Source of the DNA: an uncultured delta proteobacterium
Lineage (GTDB): Bacteria > Desulfobacterota > RBG-13-43-22
Assembly (NCBI GenBank): GCA_963711835.1
Contig: CAVQFQ010000015.1
Span: 108,408 to 172,407, forward strand
Length of the DNA stretch: 64,000 nucleotides
Direction: 5' to 3'
Positions 61,146 through 64,000 of the stretch are shown here, piece by piece (the first letter of the stretch is position 1; each line of letters starts with the position of its first letter). The notes under the pieces were generated by a model. That model did no database searches. It was given only the letters and a program-made list of their open reading frames with translations, and had not been told where the DNA came from. Both the position numbers and the translations under genes were made by a program.

Positions 61146-62241
61146 GGGGACGTTCGTGCAGAAAGTGCTTGACGAATCGAATTCAATCAGATAAAGAAAG
61201 GCCATGCCCAGATTAGCCAGATTAGAACGCTCCGGGAGTTTTGCACCATGTAATGGGGCGGGGAATCGAAAAGCGGAAAATCTTTTTAAGTGATAGAGAA
61301 TCGGGAAGATTTTGTTTCCCGGTTGGATGACCTTGCCGGAAAGCAGGCCATGAAAATTTATGCCTGGGCGCTCCTTCCCAACCATTTCCATCTTCTTTGT
61401 AAAACTCAAAATAGTCCTTTAGCCTCGAGTATGCGGAAATTGTTGACCGGATACGTGGTCAATTTTAACAAGCGCCATAAGCGGCACGGACATTTGTTCC
61501 AAAACCGTTATAAATCAATCGTTTGTCAGGAAGAGAATTATTTACAGGAGCTGGTACGTTATATTCACTTGAACTTACTGCGGGTGGGTTTAGTAAAGGA
61601 TCTGCAAGAGCTGGATCAATCTCCCTGGTCGGGGCATTCTGTTTTGGTTGGGAAGACGAAGAGAGAATGGCAGGATAGAGGGTAGTGTCTTGTCTTTTTT
61701 TGGAGAGGGCCGAAAAGGGATAAGGAAGTATTGGGAGTTTGTCCAAGAAGGCATTCCTATTGGACGGCGGCCCGATCTGGTTGGAGGTGGGCTCATAAGG
61801 AGTTTAGGAGGGTGGTGCTGCGGTTTTGGCCTTGAGAGGGCAGAATGAGAAGCAAGTTGCCGATGCGAGAATATTAGGAGAAGGTGATTTTGTTCAAGGG
61901 GTTTTGTCCGAGATGGATGATTTTGCCAAGGGGAATTTTAGGATGCCGCGTCCCTCAAAGGATTTGTCTGTTTTGGCGCAAAAAGTCTGTGACTTTAACC
62001 AAGTGACCATAGAGGAATTGCGGTCGGGAAGTCGGAGGCTTGCGGTGGTAAAAGCCCGCGGGGAGTTATCACAAGCGGGGGTGCAGCTTTTGGGATTTTC
62101 AGGGGCGGAGATCGCCCGGTATCTTGGAGTAACGAATTCTTGCGTTACTCGAGCGGTTTCGTTGGGGAAAAAGTTTTCCGATTTAAAGGAACGTTATGGT
62201 TAAGCAGGTGAATATTAACTATGCACATTCTGCACGAACGT
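61146..62241 (+). mobile_element. RAYT-like Y1 (HUH) transposase element with terminal inverted repeats; ORF 61204-62203 with several frameshifts
   Basis: MPRLARL..., HHVMGRGIE, NHFHLL, GHLFQNRYKS, YIHLN, C-terminal HTH; left end GGGGACGTTCGTGCAGAAAGTGC; right end GCACATTCTGCACGAACGT cut by IS110. Confidence 0.82.
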
Positions 62242-62381
62242 TATATAGGCCTTAGACCTGAGGGTAGGCTCCCGAGCCTGCGCCAGGAAATAAAATAATA
62301 TAATCTACCAAAAAACGAAACCTCCTGTTAAGAGAAAAAGTAAGTATCACCAAACTCAAACTCTTAAACAGGAGGTGTTCA

Positions 62382-63664
62382 ATGAACGAAATAGAGCATA
62401 GCAGACTGGAGGAATTTCGTCAACTCAGGGAAGAGATTCGGGGTTCGAGGGAGTATCTGATCGTCGGGATCGACGTGGCCAAGGAGAAGCACCATGCCTT
62501 TTTCGGTACGGCCACAGGCAAGACGCTGTTTAGGCGACTGATCTTTGACAATACACTAAGCGGGTTTGGGAAGCTGCTGACCCAGGTCAGAGCCATCCAG
62601 GTGGCCCAGGGTCTGCCGAAGGTGGTCTTTGGCTTGGAACCCACGGCCAACTATCACAAGCCCTTGGGAGAGCATTTGATTAAATGCGGCCGGATGGTGG
62701 TCCTGGTTTCCGGGGTAGCGGTCAAGCGCAACCGGGAGCTTTTGGACGGGCGCTGGGACAAACACGACACCAAAGATGCGGCCAATATCGCCGACCTGAT
62801 CTCCCAGGGAAAATGTCTGTACTACGACTACCCGGAGATGGGGCTCCGGGATCTGCGCACTCTTTTGTCGCTGAAAAAGAAACTGAAGAAGCAGGAGCAC
62901 AGCTATCGGGTGCGTATTCGGAACCACCTCTTAGCCCAGTATTTCCCCGAATTGGACCGTTTTAGTGGGCGACCGGAGGTGGAAGCCGATTGTCCGTTGG
63001 TGCCTGGACACTTCCGAACTGGCCGGTTTGGAGTTCGATCAATTCGTCCAACGGGTAGTGCCCGGGCGCAAGACCCTGGCCCAGCACCAGCGCTTGCAGA
63101 CCATCCAGCAACTGGCTATCGACTCCATCGGTTGCGAGATGGGGGAAGGGGCCCACTTTGAGGCCCAGGTGATGGTGGACGGACTGCGTCAACTCCGGGA
63201 AACCATTAAGACGACCGACGAACAAATCCGGGAGACTTGCCGGCAGTTTCCGGAATATGGGTATCTGCTGACCATCCCCGGCTTTGGTCCGGACGTTTCG
63301 GCCAAGGTGATCGGCGCCCTCGGCAATCCCTTCCGCTTTCAAAACCGGAAACAGGTACTCAAGATGGCCGGCTTGGATCTGAACGCCGACCGGAGCGGGA
63401 AAACCTCGGATACGGCGACCCCGGTTATTTCCAAAAAGGGTAAAGCCGATCTGCGCTATGCCTTATACCAGGCGGCTCTGATCGCCTCTACCCAGCCATC
63501 GACCCTGGATCGAATATTACACCGATCAATTGCAAGGGCGGGAAAAAGAACCCGGGATCAAAACCAAACGGTGGGTCAAGCTGTCGGCTAAGTTCTTGAT
63601 CATCGCTTGGACGATCATGAAGAAAAAGGAGCCTTACCATCCTCGATATTTAAATCCGGCGTAA
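62382..63664 (+). CDS. IS110 transposase/recombinase; frameshifts near 62970 and 63495
   Basis: VGIDVAK, GLEPTA, KHDTKDA (DEDD); LLTIPGFG, AGL...RSGK, GKADLRYALY; C-terminus ...PRYLNPA* at 63664. Confidence 0.9.
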
Positions 63665-63687
63665 CGAGAAAACTTATAATTCCCTTC

Positions 63688-63836
63688 AGCGAGCCCGGGC
63701 ACCAACGTAGAGGCCGATTACGGACCTCGAGGGGGACAATCAGGGCCGCTCACTAAACTTTAAAACCTGGATAAGGGATGATGGGTGCCCGCCTCGGGCG
63801 GGATGCCGGATACTGATAACGCTGAGATTTAAAGTT
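63688..63836 (+). ncRNA. Putative IS110 bridge RNA / seekRNA
   Basis: Two consecutive stem-internal loop-hairpin modules whose loops match the target and donor sequences (see findings). Confidence 0.7.
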
Positions 63837-64000
63837 CGTCCGCGTTGGGCGGGAGTGAGCACTGGGGAAACCAGAAACATCAAGCCTGTCGCTTAGTTGT
63901 ACAGGAGAAGTGCGACCTAAAAAAAGGCCGAATCTTAACCGCTTAAATTCATTATTTTTCTTTTGATGATACTTTTTCTCTTGACAGGATCATTATAGGA

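Larger units (their letters stand above)
62242..64000 (+). mobile_element. IS110-family insertion sequence (right junction probably just beyond the window)
   Basis: Begins where the Y1 right repeat breaks off; transposase, structured 3' non-coding region, TTGACA near the right end. Confidence 0.85.

Noticed and set aside
61026-61409. 127-aa minus-strand ORF
   Set aside because: Antisense to the Y1 transposase 5' region and spans its terminal repeat.
1-64000. tRNA, rRNA or riboswitch genes
   Set aside because: None recognised by eye; a covariance-model search would be needed to exclude them.

Overview
Bacterial chromosomal window. Gene content (DUF6125, DUF362-ferredoxin, heme-c chemoreceptor, many CoA-dependent catabolic genes) suggests an anaerobic Desulfobacterota/deltaproteobacterium; this taxonomy is inference. 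In order: SDRs, a 14-repeat secreted kelch protein, BKACE, a MITE, a Liv-type ABC operon with an embedded acyl-CoA ligase, a complete chemosensory operon ending in a diguanylate cyclase, vapBC, an MrfA/YprA-like helicase fused to a YprB-like exonuclease, glgX-fbaA-pta-ackA, a toxin-antitoxin island (dinJ-yafQ, higBA), mgtC, a large divergent CoA-dependent catabolic cluster with a second Liv ABC system, a RAYT-like Y1 transposon and an IS110 element. Scattered single frameshifts look like assembly indel errors. Top observations: (1) the IS110 3' non-coding region folds into a two-loop bridge/seekRNA-like structure whose guides match its insertion site, which is the terminal inverted repeat of the neighbouring Y1 transposon; (2) many operon spacers carry inverted 7/8-mer tandem-repeat hairpins, two of which enclose decaying four-helix-bundle gene remnants; (3) CheA carries an MshEN-like c-di-GMP-binding motif in an operon whose output is a diguanylate cyclase. 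All calls were made by eye, without database searches.
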